This document shows, piece by piece, positions 12,957-25,328 of a stretch of DNA of 64,000 nucleotides. The DNA comes from Haliotis rubra (Eukaryota), in the NCBI RefSeq assembly GCF_003918875.1, contig NW_025765214.1, positions 1,860,001 through 1,924,000 of the forward strand, given 5' to 3'. The notes under the pieces were generated by a model, which saw only the letters and a program-made list of their open reading frames with translations, was not told the origin of the DNA and searched no databases. A program made the position numbers and the translations under genes. Position 1 is the stretch's first letter. Every line of letters begins with the position of its first letter.

Positions 12957-12982
12957 TATTACAGAACAAAACTAGGACTCAC

Positions 12983-13118
12983 GAATTTCTGTATTAGCTG
13001 GGGTCTACAAAGTCTCATCTCGTTGATGGTCTGCAGAATGCTGATGTTGAGGTCAATCTTCAATCTTTCCAAGATGGCCGACAGGACACAGAACAGTCCC
13101 GATCTATCCACACCATTC
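12983..13118 (-). CDS. RPTP D2 exon (P-loop WNGVDRSG)
   Basis: 136 nt; NGVDRSGLFCVLSAILERLKIDLNISILQTINEMRLCRPQLIQKF|gtgagt. Confidence 0.92.
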
Positions 13119-16100
13119 CTAGACAATAAGGCTCCACAGTTTAAGGCGTTATAGTATCACGAATTTATGAAATGGAATTCGCTAATTTTTCTTCGTTACT
13201 GAGGTGAGGTGAGGTGAGGTGAGGTGAATTGTGGTGAGGTGAGGCCCAGACTCGATAGCTTGCAGCTGGAATATAGCTGAGTGAGTTATAACAATGAACT
13301 ATTCACTAACTCTATACACTGAGTGTCTATGATACAGTTGAAATTGTCTAATGCAGGCGCTTTATACCAGAAGACCAGTCGTAGTCTTATCCCCTTAATG
13401 CCGAGCGAAAGACAGGGTAACACGTAATATTGTTTAACGAGAAGCGATCAGGGGATCGAACTCATGGGCAGACACACTTTCCACAACACCACCGTGCAGT
13501 CAAGGACTGAAGGAAATGTCCTCCACGTGTTTACCACAAAATGTTTGTAATATACTACACCTGAGAACAACTAGTCTTACTAACCCCTGAAACAGACACT
13601 GTTTGACACAAAAAGCAAACTAGAAAACTATATAAATGGATTAATGAAAACTATTGAAGTTACCATAGTCTTGAATGCTGTAACCATTATCAAACAACTT
13701 TTGAGCAAGAATCGTATGACCCCCTTCGAAATGTTGACACACAGACTATCCTTAGAGTGTCAGCGATGTTGTAACCATGTGATGAGTACGAGCATAATTA
13801 TATATCACAATTATGTTTTAATTGTGTAAGTGAATGCAGGACAATTGATAACATGTTCTCTAGTCTTTGTAATGACGTTTTAGGGCTGAATGTGGGTGAA
13901 TGACGCTCTTTGAAACGTTTCAGGGCTATGTCTTCATCCCCGTCAGGTGAATAACGCGCTTTGAAACGTTTCAGTGCAACTTCTCGTCTTTCTCATGGGG
14001 TGAATGACGCTCTTTGAAACGTTTCAGGGCTATATCTTCATCCTTCATCATTTGTTACAAAGTTCTTATGCACACACAAGTGTTATGCACTCATGTTCTA
14101 CCACCTTCTAAATGCGTATCAAAGACTTGTTTTAGCGTGTATTTGAGTCACAATTGTTTAACTAATACTTTGAGATTGGATGTTGGATCATGACAATCAC
14201 TCGATTCATTCACTCTGGTTACGAACCAACAGTGGACAGTGACGGGCTTGAAGCCTGTTGCCTCACGCCAGACTTCCACTGCCTCCATCATAGCCAGCAA
14301 GGGTAAGGAAGACACGGGAGTTGTCTGCCCCTGGGGCCAACAATGGCACTGGAACAATTTGATGTTTCTGGGTTGAAGGGTCTGAAAAGAATCATTGCAA
14401 TTCTTGTCAGTATTTCTTATCAGCCGGGAAGGGTGACCCTGTCGATTTAAGGGCCGCATATTGTTCATTTAGTTTCATCTCCCTGTCCTGACACATCTTC
14501 CTTGTATTCACACGCTTGGTGTTACTACAGGTGGAAACATCCAACTGTTTCAAATAAATGCTAGTTAGCTGACTGACTGACTGACTGACTGAGTTTTGGT
14601 TTTACGCCGCTTTTAGCAATATTCCAGCAACATCACGGCGGGGAACACCAGAAATGGGCTTCACACATAGTAGTTAGCAGTCTCAGGACATGTTCAGTTC
14701 TACTGCGCGAAACATATCCTCCTCTTAACAGATCCGTGAATACAAATGCCAAGTGGTCAAATGCAACATATGATATATTGGGGGATTCCACACGTGGAAG
14801 CTGCGGTTGTTAAGTGGGTTAGATGGCTGAGTTTGTGTGACGGAGATTAGGCACTTGACGCTATAAGAGAGGGTTCTAATCCCGGATGAAGCTTTATCTG
14901 ACAAAAGTACTAGAATCTGTACTTTACTGATAAAGTATAATCCCAAACGTAACTTAAGTTAACAGATCCGGATCATCACCTCTGCATCTTCTTCATCCTC
15001 TCTGACTGATAGCGTGATGACTGAGTAACACTCGTAGTTCTCAGTCTCCAGCACCTCCACAAGGTATGGCCCGAACACCTTCTGTCTACAGTCCTGGGGC
15101 CAGTAGTAGCCCACATTCTGTCTGGTCTTACCTCTGCATCTTCTTCATCCTCTCTGACTGATAGCGTGATGACTGAGTAACACTCGTAGTTCTCAGTCTC
15201 CAGCACCTCCACAAGGTATGGCCCGAACACCTTCTGTCTACAGTCCTGGGGCCAGTAGTAGCCCACAGTCTGTCTGGTCTTACCTCTGTATCTTCTTCAT
15301 CCTCTCTGAATGATGGCGTGATGACTGAGTAACACTCGTAGTTCTCAGTCTCCAGCACCTCCACAAGGTATGGCCCAAACACCTTCTGTCTACAGTCCTG
15401 GGGACAGTGGGGCGGTGGGTTAGCCTAATGGTTAAAGCGTTGGCTCGTCACGCCGAAGACCCGGATTCGAATCCCCACATGGGCACAATGTGTAAAGGCC
15501 ATTTCTGGTGTCCCCCGCCGTGATGTTGCTGGAATATTGCTAAAAGCGGCGTAAAACCAAACTCAGTCAGTCAGTCAGTCCTGGGGCCAGTAGTAGCCCA
15601 CAGTCTGTCTGGTCTTACCTCTGCATCTTCTTCATCCTCTCTGACTGATAGCGTGATGACTGAGTAACACTCGTAGTTCTCAGTCTCCAGCACCTCCACA
15701 AGGTATGGCCCGAACACCTTCTGTCTACAGTCCTGGGGCCAGTAGTAGCCCATAGTCTGTCTGGTCTAACCTACATCTTCTTCATCCTCTCTGACTGATA
15801 GCTGGATGACTGAGTAACACTCGTAGTTCTCAGTCTCCAGCACTTCCACAAGGTATGTCCCGAACACCTTCTGTCTACTACAGTCCTGGGGCCAGTAGTA
15901 GCCCACAGTCTGTCTGGTCTTACCTCTGCATCTTCTTCATCCTCTCTGACTGATAGCGTGATGACTGAGTAACACTCGTAGTTCTCAGTCTCCAGCACCT
16001 CCACAAGGTATGGCCCGAACACCTTCTGTCTACAGTCCTGGGGCCAGTAGTAGCCCACAGTCTGTCTGGTCTTACCTCTGCATCTTCTTCATCCTCTCTG

Positions 16101-19100
16101 ACTGATAGCGTGATGACTGAGTAACACTCGTAGTTCTCAGTCTCCAGCACCTCCACAAGGTATGGCCCGAACACCTTCTGTCTACAGTCCTGGGGCCAGT
16201 AGTAGCCCACAGTCTGTCTGGTCTTACCTCTGCATCTTCTTCATCCTCTCTGACTGATAGCGTGATGACTGAGTAACACTCGTAGTTCTCAGTCTCCAGC
16301 ACCTCCACAAGGTATGGCCCGAACACCTTCTGTCTACAGTCCTGGGGCCAGTAGTAGCCCACAGTCTGTCTGGTCTTACCTCTGCATCTTCTTCATCCTC
16401 TCTGACTGATAGCGTGATGACTGAGTAACACTCGTAGTTCTCAGTCTCCAGCACCTCCACAAGGTATGGCCCGATCACCTTCCGTCTACAGTCCTGGGGC
16501 CAGTAGTAGCCCACAGTCTGTCTGGTCTTACCTCTGCATCTTCTTCATCTTCTCTGACTGATAGCGTGATGACTGAGTAACACTCGTAGTTCTCAGTCTC
16601 CAGCACCTCCACAAGGTATGGCCCGAACACCTTCTGTCTACAGTCCTGGGGCCAGTAGTAGCCCATAGTCTGGAACAGAGTTGACGCGTTTTATATCATA
16701 TGTATTTGTATCATCGTGAATGTCAACTTACCATGACATTCTGTAGGTGTGAGTGAGTGAGTGAGTGAGTGAGGATGGTAGGACATGATGGTTTCTTGCT
16801 TGAATATGCTTATTTAATATGTCCGCTTGATGTTCTGGGTGGCATATTCAGTAAGAAAACATTTTCAATTAGATCTTCAAGACGATTTGCTACTATTCGT
16901 CCATAGAACACAGAATGCAATTTGCTTCTGCCATATGTACCAGTGTTTGTTTGATTTTTAAACCTGCCATTGTGTGTGTTTGTGAAGGTGCCACCGTAAG
17001 AACATGATAGGCTTATCTTTTCGCAACACTGCAGGAGCAGGATAGGCTTACCTTTTCGCGACACCTGGTAACATCACTATTTGATGGTGAGTCTTAAACA
17101 CATGCTATATTATAGTCGGAATCGTACAATGGGCATATGATATGGTAACGGTTTTTCAACAAGAAAATATCATTTCCACACAGCATCCCTCTTGTCGAGT
17201 CTGAACATGAATTTAAGTTCTGAATGCTTTCATTCTTGACCCATTTTTGCAAACTGAAAATGAAATTATTTCATTTTTAATCTATTCTCATCGACATTCC
17301 TGTGTTGAACAATGGGTCAGTCGATATCGGGTGTATAGTTTCACTATACTGAGTTACATTCTGACCATTGCATCGTCGTTGTCGTCGTTGAGCATGACAA
17401 TGGTTTGTGAGTCCGTCTGAATCACCATCCTCCAGAAGTCGAGTACCGTGTCTGTCAGCGGCGTCTGTGTCAACAGGAAGTCCATCGGGCTCCTGTAACC
17501 CTGGGCAGTGGAAGCGCACTTCAGTAAATAAACAGGTACGTACCATTTCTCGAAACACTTATAATCACATATATTTTATCCTAATAGAATTGGGGCGACT
17601 GGATAGCCTAGTGGTTAACGCGTTCGCTAGGGACCCGGGTTCGATTCCCCACATGGGCACAATGTGTGAAGTCCATTTCTGGCGTCCCCCGCTGAAATAC
17701 TTCTGCAAACCCACTCACTCACCTAAAAATAATACACTGTTGAAACTTGAGTTAGTGAGTAACACTAACATACTAAGTAGTACGGGTAACCTTCGTTCTA
17801 TGATGATGCTTTATACTAGAACAACGAAGTTGTCATCCACAGAACTATATTATTAATCAAGTCTTATGATAACGCCTGGGCCAAGTCTCATTACATAACC
17901 ATCATGAGGTAGGGGGGTCATCAATTTTGTACACGTTTCTAGGGGGTGTGTGTGTGTGTGTGTGTGTGTCAGCAATTTTGTACATAAAAATATTTTAAAA
18001 TCATGCTTTAAAAATATGGGGTGGGTCATTGACTTTGTACATAACATGCAGGGGGGCACTTACTTTGTCCATAAATTTTTGGGGGGGTCATTCACATTGT
18101 ACAGGCTTCTCCATAAAAATCATCATCCGCCCCCCTAGCCATAAATTATGAACGGTCCCTAAATCTCAAACAATTCACATAACCCGTGCTCGGGACATAC
18201 AACCGTCTATAGTTTGGCATGAAATGCATGTGGACCCGGTTTTTGTAAAATCTCTTCATCCAATGACCCAATCGATCTCAAACTGTGCAAGTGGATGTTT
18301 TGTCAGACAACCTAATCACATTGTAAATCACCAATTTTATGCATTTGTATTAAAGAATCTGTCTATGTAACTGTCAACAAAATAAACAGCAGAACGCAGA
18401 CGGCTTGCAGAGGGAGGGAGCCAATGACCTGTAACAGCGGCAGTGTTGGGTCATAAAGGTAAATGCACGTGCAGTTCATGATAGTTACCTGTGCACTGCA
18501 CAGTGATAGACCGTTTGGATCATTCACATTGACTACTTCTATACTAGGCACATAAAGAAACTGTGCATACAAAAATTTAAAATCTAAATGTATCAAACCT
18601 ATCTAGACACATAAGGATTTAAACTCAGAGATTAGTGACATGTATCCAACATGCATGCACGTGCCACGTTCCGTGACGTCAGTGGGTTCGTCCTTGAGAC
18701 GTGCAATACGTTGTTGCACGTGCATTCCGGGAAAGAGAAACAGAGCAAATGAATGCCACACAATACTGTCACTTTGGAAAGCTCAAACCCTGCCCTTGCG
18801 ATCGTTCAAAAAATTAAACGGCTATTGAAACGCATGGCATGCCAAGGCTCACGTCAGCACAACGTCATGAGGCCATTGGGATGGTCCGTGGGGGAATGTC
18901 TCAACGACAAGTGGCTGCACATTTCCACTGCCACCGGAACACCATTTCTGCACAGGTGAGACGCTACCAGAACACAAATGACGTCATCGATCGGCCACGT
19001 TCTGGACGTCCACGTGTAACAACGCAAGACAGGACAGATGGATAAGGGTGACCCATCTGCGCCACAGGTGTCAGACTGCAGTGATGACTGCCCGAACCAT

Positions 19101-22100
19101 CCCAGGACTTCGCCGTATCCATCCCAACACAGTTCGACAACGTTTACGTCATCACGGGATCAGACCAAGACGTCCCGCCATACGGCCTATCCTGACACAA
19201 CGTCATCGACAAGCTCGCCGAATGTGGTGCCGAGACCCTTTGTTTTGGTGGAGAAATGTTGTTTTTACAGATGAGTCCAGGTTTAACATTTCCCATAGTG
19301 ATGGACGTCAACGTGCCTATAGACGCGTGGGAGAACGTTATGCACAGGCCTGTGTCTTGGAGAGGAATCGCTTTGGTGGTGGTTCCGTGATGATTTGGGG
19401 TGGAATATCAGCACGCCAAAGAACTCCTTTGGTGATTGTTCAGGGCAACTTAACTGGTGTGGGCTACAGGGATCAGATTCTTCGACCTGTGGCAATTCCT
19501 TTTCTGCAACGTCATGGCCCTGGGTTAACATTCCAACAGGACAATGCCCGCCCTCATACATACGGCAAGGGTTGCTATGGATTTCTTGCAACACCACAAC
19601 GTTGACTTACTGCCTTGGCCTGCAAATTCACCGGATCTCTCCCCGATAGAGCATGTTTGGGACGAGATGGATCGACGTCTACGCCGTCTTCCTCATCCGA
19701 CAGATAACGTCCTTGACCTTGCAACAGAACTTGAGAGAATCTGGCGTGACATCCCACAAGCCTTCCTTGCACGTTTGATAGGCTCTATGCGTCGTCGATG
19801 CACTGCTGTTCTCAATGCCGATGGTGGACATACCCGTTATTGAGCTTGTGACATGGCCGTTTGACCCCTGTCCCGCTTGTGGACTCGTGGCGTCATTGTG
19901 ATTGACGTTTCAATTGAAATTCTCCCGACTAGTTATGGTCTCATGATCCCTCCACTAAAGTTTATATGTACCTTTGACATTGTTATCGTACTTATCAACT
20001 GGGATAATATTTTGACAATGCACAGTTTCTTTATGGGGCTAGTATAGCTGTCATCATGAAAGCTTATTCAGATGATGCTAAACGTTTAATTAGAAATGTG
20101 TTGAATTTTTTTTAAAAAGAGAGCAAACGTAGCAAACCGATTTATAAGGTGTCGGATTACATGAAACGTACAACTTTTGCTCTTGGCATGAAAAAGAACA
20201 TCGTGCTAAAAATTGTGAAAAATAAACCAACAACCAATAAACAAATCCTTGTACAAAAAGGTAGGCATCCAAAGTTAGATTCTTTTGACATCAGGGTCAT
20301 CAGAGATGTCATTCGCCGGCTATTTGCTAGAAATGAACACCTCTTCATACCTGTCACGTGCATAGCTGACCTACATTGACGAACGTTGACCTTTATGACC
20401 CAACACTGACCCAACACTGTTACAGGTCATTGGCTCCCTCCCTCTGCAAGCCGTCTGCGTTCTGCTGTTTATTTTGTTGACAGTTACATAGACAGATTCT
20501 TTAATACAAATGCATAAAATCGGTGATTTACAATGTGATTAGGTTGTCTGACAAAACATCCACTTGCACAGTTTGAGATCGATTGGGTCATTGGATGAAG
20601 AGATATTTACTAAAACCGGGTCCACATGCATTTCATGCCAAACTATAGTATAAGCTACAGCGTCTGCTACAGGGAATAACCAATGTCGATTATCGGATTC
20701 AGATTCCATTGGGTGTAAAAGACCAAATTTCGGTGAAGATTATATGAATGGATCATTGAAGTCTGTGATGACACCAGGTGTCAAACACATTATTTATAAT
20801 ATTCATTTTCCATTAAAATTATGAATGTCTCAGAATGTTGAAAAATACAGACGGCATACTCAATATTCTTATCAAGTTATCTTGTTAAGTTAAGTTGGAA
20901 TTTCGAAAAATGAACTACCTACTGCCCTGAACCGGGACAGACATTTGAAATTAAGAAAAATGTTGAAACTTAAAAGTTAAATCAATATATTACTGAGCAT
21001 TAAATGGCCTCGAACCAAGATGCATTCACTCACTCACTCGAGATCCTAGTACTGTAGCATGTAACCTACCGGCAGGTAGACGGCGTTGATATAATCTGTC
21101 CCGTCCAGTGTACTGCTCGACAGGACTGGTCGATGACTGTCGCCTATTTAAGGCACAAATTTACACTTCTACAAAAATGTAACACTAAGACAAAAACAAC
21201 AACAAAAACCCACGTAAATCTGAAATATGATTGCTTCCTGAAGAAAATACGTAACTGAGCTTCATGTAAGCGTTAACGAAATATATGAAATTTCAATACA
21301 TTTTAAAAGGTAATTTACAAGGTCGTGATTAACAATTTGCTGGGTGCACAGTAATATTGGTGTTTGTGCGTTTGTTGGGAGCTTCATACTCATACACGAG
21401 TTGCTTTAATAATCAACTAACGGGATCGGGTGGTCAGGCTCGCTGACTTGGTTGACACATGTAATCGGTTCCCAATTGCGTAGATCGATGCTCATGATGT
21501 TGATCTCTGGATTGTCTGGTCCAGACTCCATTATTTACAGACCGCCACCATATAGCTGGAATATTGCTGAGTGTGGCGTAAAACTAAACTCGCCCACTCA
21601 CTCACTCACTCAACATCGTCAGCTTGGATGTGGAGGTACAATCACACCAAGTGGCATCAGATTCAGGAACTATTCCGATAACACATTATTGTTAATGCCA
21701 GTTTGAATGGCTTACGCTACCGAAACGATATAGTTCTTGATCACGTTCCATCTTTTGTGCAATTCAGAGACTAATAGTCACGATGCGCCAGAATATTTCT
21801 CGCCATAAGTTGTGTGTGTGTATGTGTAGCATAATTAAAATATTTCTGTACTGCCATGGTCGGCCTCTTGCTAATAAAATAAGATTGGAATGAGACGGAA
21901 CGACACATAGGAAAGTACCAGTAATCGACCAGCAACACGTGCTCCGTTGGTTGACATGTTGTTTTTGATGATATAATATACTCTCCCCAAAAAAGAAACG
22001 CATATAGGGATTTCAACTGTATTTTTATGTTTATTTTGAAACTATCTGATCCCCAACTTTCATGTGCATTGCATGTGAATTGTGTATTCTGTGACAGTAC

Positions 22101-25100
22101 ACGCCGAAATTGAAAATCATGTTGTTAAATACGGGTATTTTACGGATGGTGCGTTTTGTTGTGATGTTTCAAAACATAAACACGATAGGACTCATAAACA
22201 GAGCAAAACCTTTTGTAAAATGTATCACGTTTTAATTCATTGCTACATGAAATTGCTATTTTCATGATGCGTTTCTTTTTTGGGAGAGTATATATTCAGT
22301 GAATCGCTATTTCCTCGCTTTAATCAACGCATATGGTGGTCATACTCGACATTGACACCGTTCTTCTATTAGGGCGAGTCGCTCCATCTCCTGGTATCAA
22401 GTATTGTATAATTAAGTTGCTCTGATAGAACATTGATCTGACAAAGGACCAAATATTGAGTTGTTATTTTCTATAACAAGATATTTACACCCCTTTATAT
22501 ATACAGGACAGTCACTATGTTTCCGCCAGTATATATAAGAAAAGACTTTACTGGTTAATATGCCTTGAATGAAATGTATCAAATATCACCCTCTTACACG
22601 CTAGAATGTCCATGAACCGGTTCTTGGAGGCATTTTCGGGCAGCAAAGCTGTTCGGTAATCTCTCAGTCTATATGGAGGCTTCATCAACTGCAAATTCTG
22701 CGTAATAGAACATATCTTAATAGACAAACCTCGAAAATGCAAGGCATATATAATTACTATTTCAATATCTATAAGTTTTCTACAACGGTTTTATTCAAAT
22801 AGACCTTTATCCACAAAAATATTTTTGCATTCGTCCATCTTCGTTTTCTACCTTATTTTCACAGAGTTTCACCTACTCCGACTTCTACGTCAGTTCAGAG
22901 ATCCTGTGAAGGAGGTGCTGAAGCAAGGACATACAAGCTGTTTGTTCGCTTCGCCATACAGGAAATGAGCACATCAAGCATCTATCTGACACATACTCAC
23001 CTCAAACTGTTCTTTGAGCCTGGAGACGCCTGTTTCTGGGTTGTCCTGTAGGAGGTTGTCATAACTGGTTTTAAAGTCTGATGTGGAGACGGTTGTTCCC
23101 CCAGCCATCAGGGCCTCAATGAGCGCATTGTGGAGGAACTCGTATTGTTCCTGTAATGAACAATGATTATAAAGATTACTTGGAGGTAAACATGTTGCTT
23201 TGTACAAGTCTTACAGCAATGTATAGGAAATAAATGTCCCATTAACTGAGCGCATTGTGGAGGAACTCGTATTGTTCCTGTTATGTTCCTGTAAACATGA
23301 ACAATGATAGGAAATAAATGTCCCATTAACTGATTGTGGAAGTTCCTGTTATGAACAATGACAGATTACTTGGAGGTAAATATGTTGCTTTGTACAAGTC
23401 TTACAGCAATGTATAGGAACTCGTATTGTTCCTGTAATGGACACAGCGCAATGAACACATCTCCTTTTTTCACATGATCATAAGATTATTCGGCGGTACA
23501 CTTGTCACTTGGTACAAGTCTTACAGCAGCGTGCCCTTAAAGGGCCGGGTTAGAATATTGATCTTCAGTAACCCATGCTTGTCGTAAGAGGCGACTAACG
23601 GGATCGGATGGCCAGGCTCGCTGACTTGGTTGACACATATCATCGGTTCCCAATTGCGCAGATCGATGCTCATGCTGCTGATCACTGAATTGTCCGGTCC
23701 AGACTCAATTATTTACAGACCGTCGCCATATAGCTGGGATTTTGCTGAGTGCGGCGTAAAACTAAACTCACTCACTCACTCACTTACAGCAGTGTATAAG
23801 AAATAAACATTCCATTAACTGGCACATGACCAGAGAACCATTTTTCTAACCAATATCAGCCTCATGCAACTCAGCTCATGACCGTAACGAATGCTGCACA
23901 CGCCGACACATTCAGGTATTGCTTTTCTTCTTTTGTCGATTTGCTACAAGTACTATGGCAATGTTTATTACACATGTATAACCATTAATGGTCTTCAATT
24001 GCTTTGCCAGACATCGATAACTCAAACCTCACCAGTGTCTGCACCATGTTGACTCTCTCATGCCTCATCCTCTTGATACAGCTGTAGGGATCCACTGTGT
24101 CTGATGTCTTGGCCTCGTCTATCAGGTTCCATAGTGCAAGGAAGGTTCCTGTTCTCCCCACGCCATCACTGCAACCCAGTGATATCTTTACGCGTGACTT
24201 CTCGAGCCAATGACACATGCACATGATACACAATGATACCACAACAGCCAAATTACCCCGGTTCTGAAACCTAGACAATTAATGCTCCTATTGATGATTC
24301 ACTATTAAGACAATGTGAAACAGATGCGATATAAGTCAGTCTCTCAGTGCTTGGACCACAGTGTATCCCTTCCGCCAAGCCTTTTCTGCAATGCTGAAGC
24401 CCTAAATGAAACAAGGCAAGATTTCCTGAAGTTTTCAATCTCTCATCTTACTGGAGGTCCTTTTCAATTTAAAAGGAACGATTTGCTTCTATCAAAATTA
24501 TGTATATTCAGAAACTACACGTCAGTCAAGGGCGATATATTCCGGATCACCTATCTATTCGTGATTCGAAATCTACTTCTACACTACGTCTACACTATTA
24601 GTTCCGAGTATAAGCGCGTGAAACTTTGGTAGACTGTCAGTTTTACCGGAAGTCATGGCGATGAATACTATAGAAATGATCCCTAAAAGTATGAATTCTT
24701 TTCTTATCGATGACCTGTTGTACTGATCAGAATCACTACTGAAACTGCTACTAAAGTCAATATTGAAACCCAAACTGCGTCTGTCCAGCTTAAGTCGAAA
24801 CTCCATCCTCTCCTCCTTTGCGATGCGACAAACCTGCAGTGCACAACCATGGGCCCCTGTCCGTGTGTCGGTGTGTTCCTGACCTTGAAGTAGAACTCCA
24901 CCAGAGAAGCCACATCGGTAGGGATCCCTCTGTCGGGCCAGAACGCGAACTGAAAGTGTTTAACTATCCTGGTTCGAGAGGCTTTTGACCCACACTGAAA
25001 AATAGACAAAGACGAAACAACTTTAAGTAGATGTTAAACAATAAAATGCATAGGGTAGACATTTTGTTAACCATTACAGAGAAGACTGACTTTAGGTTGG

Positions 25101-25276
25101 GAGATCATTGTGTTAAACTTACAATAATGTGATAGGTACCTGAAGTATTTTACACATCTTGAATGTCCTCATTGTGCAATGCACCAGGGCCTCTTCTGAT
25201 GAACACTCAATCTCTATATTGCCATGACGATCTGCCCCGGAACCATGCTCTGGCCAGTACCTCACACCCTTGCCCT

Positions 25277-25328
<52 letters not shown>

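Larger units (their letters stand above)
14980..16669 (-). repeat. Tandem array of 10 copies of a 152-bp unit (138-nt PTP D2 exon + GTAAGACCAGACAG)
   Basis: Exon-copy ends at 16532, 16380, 16228, 16076, 15924, ~15770, 15619, 15284, 15132, 14980; copy 8 is interrupted by a SINE. Confidence 0.95.

Noticed and set aside
14976-16514. Series of 96-aa ORFs as separate genes
   Set aside because: Each is an exon copy read through into the next unit out of frame; most start at GTG.
22870-22940. Possible extra RPTP mini-exon
   Set aside because: The frames tried after candidate acceptors contain stops, and the flanking exons join in phase without it.
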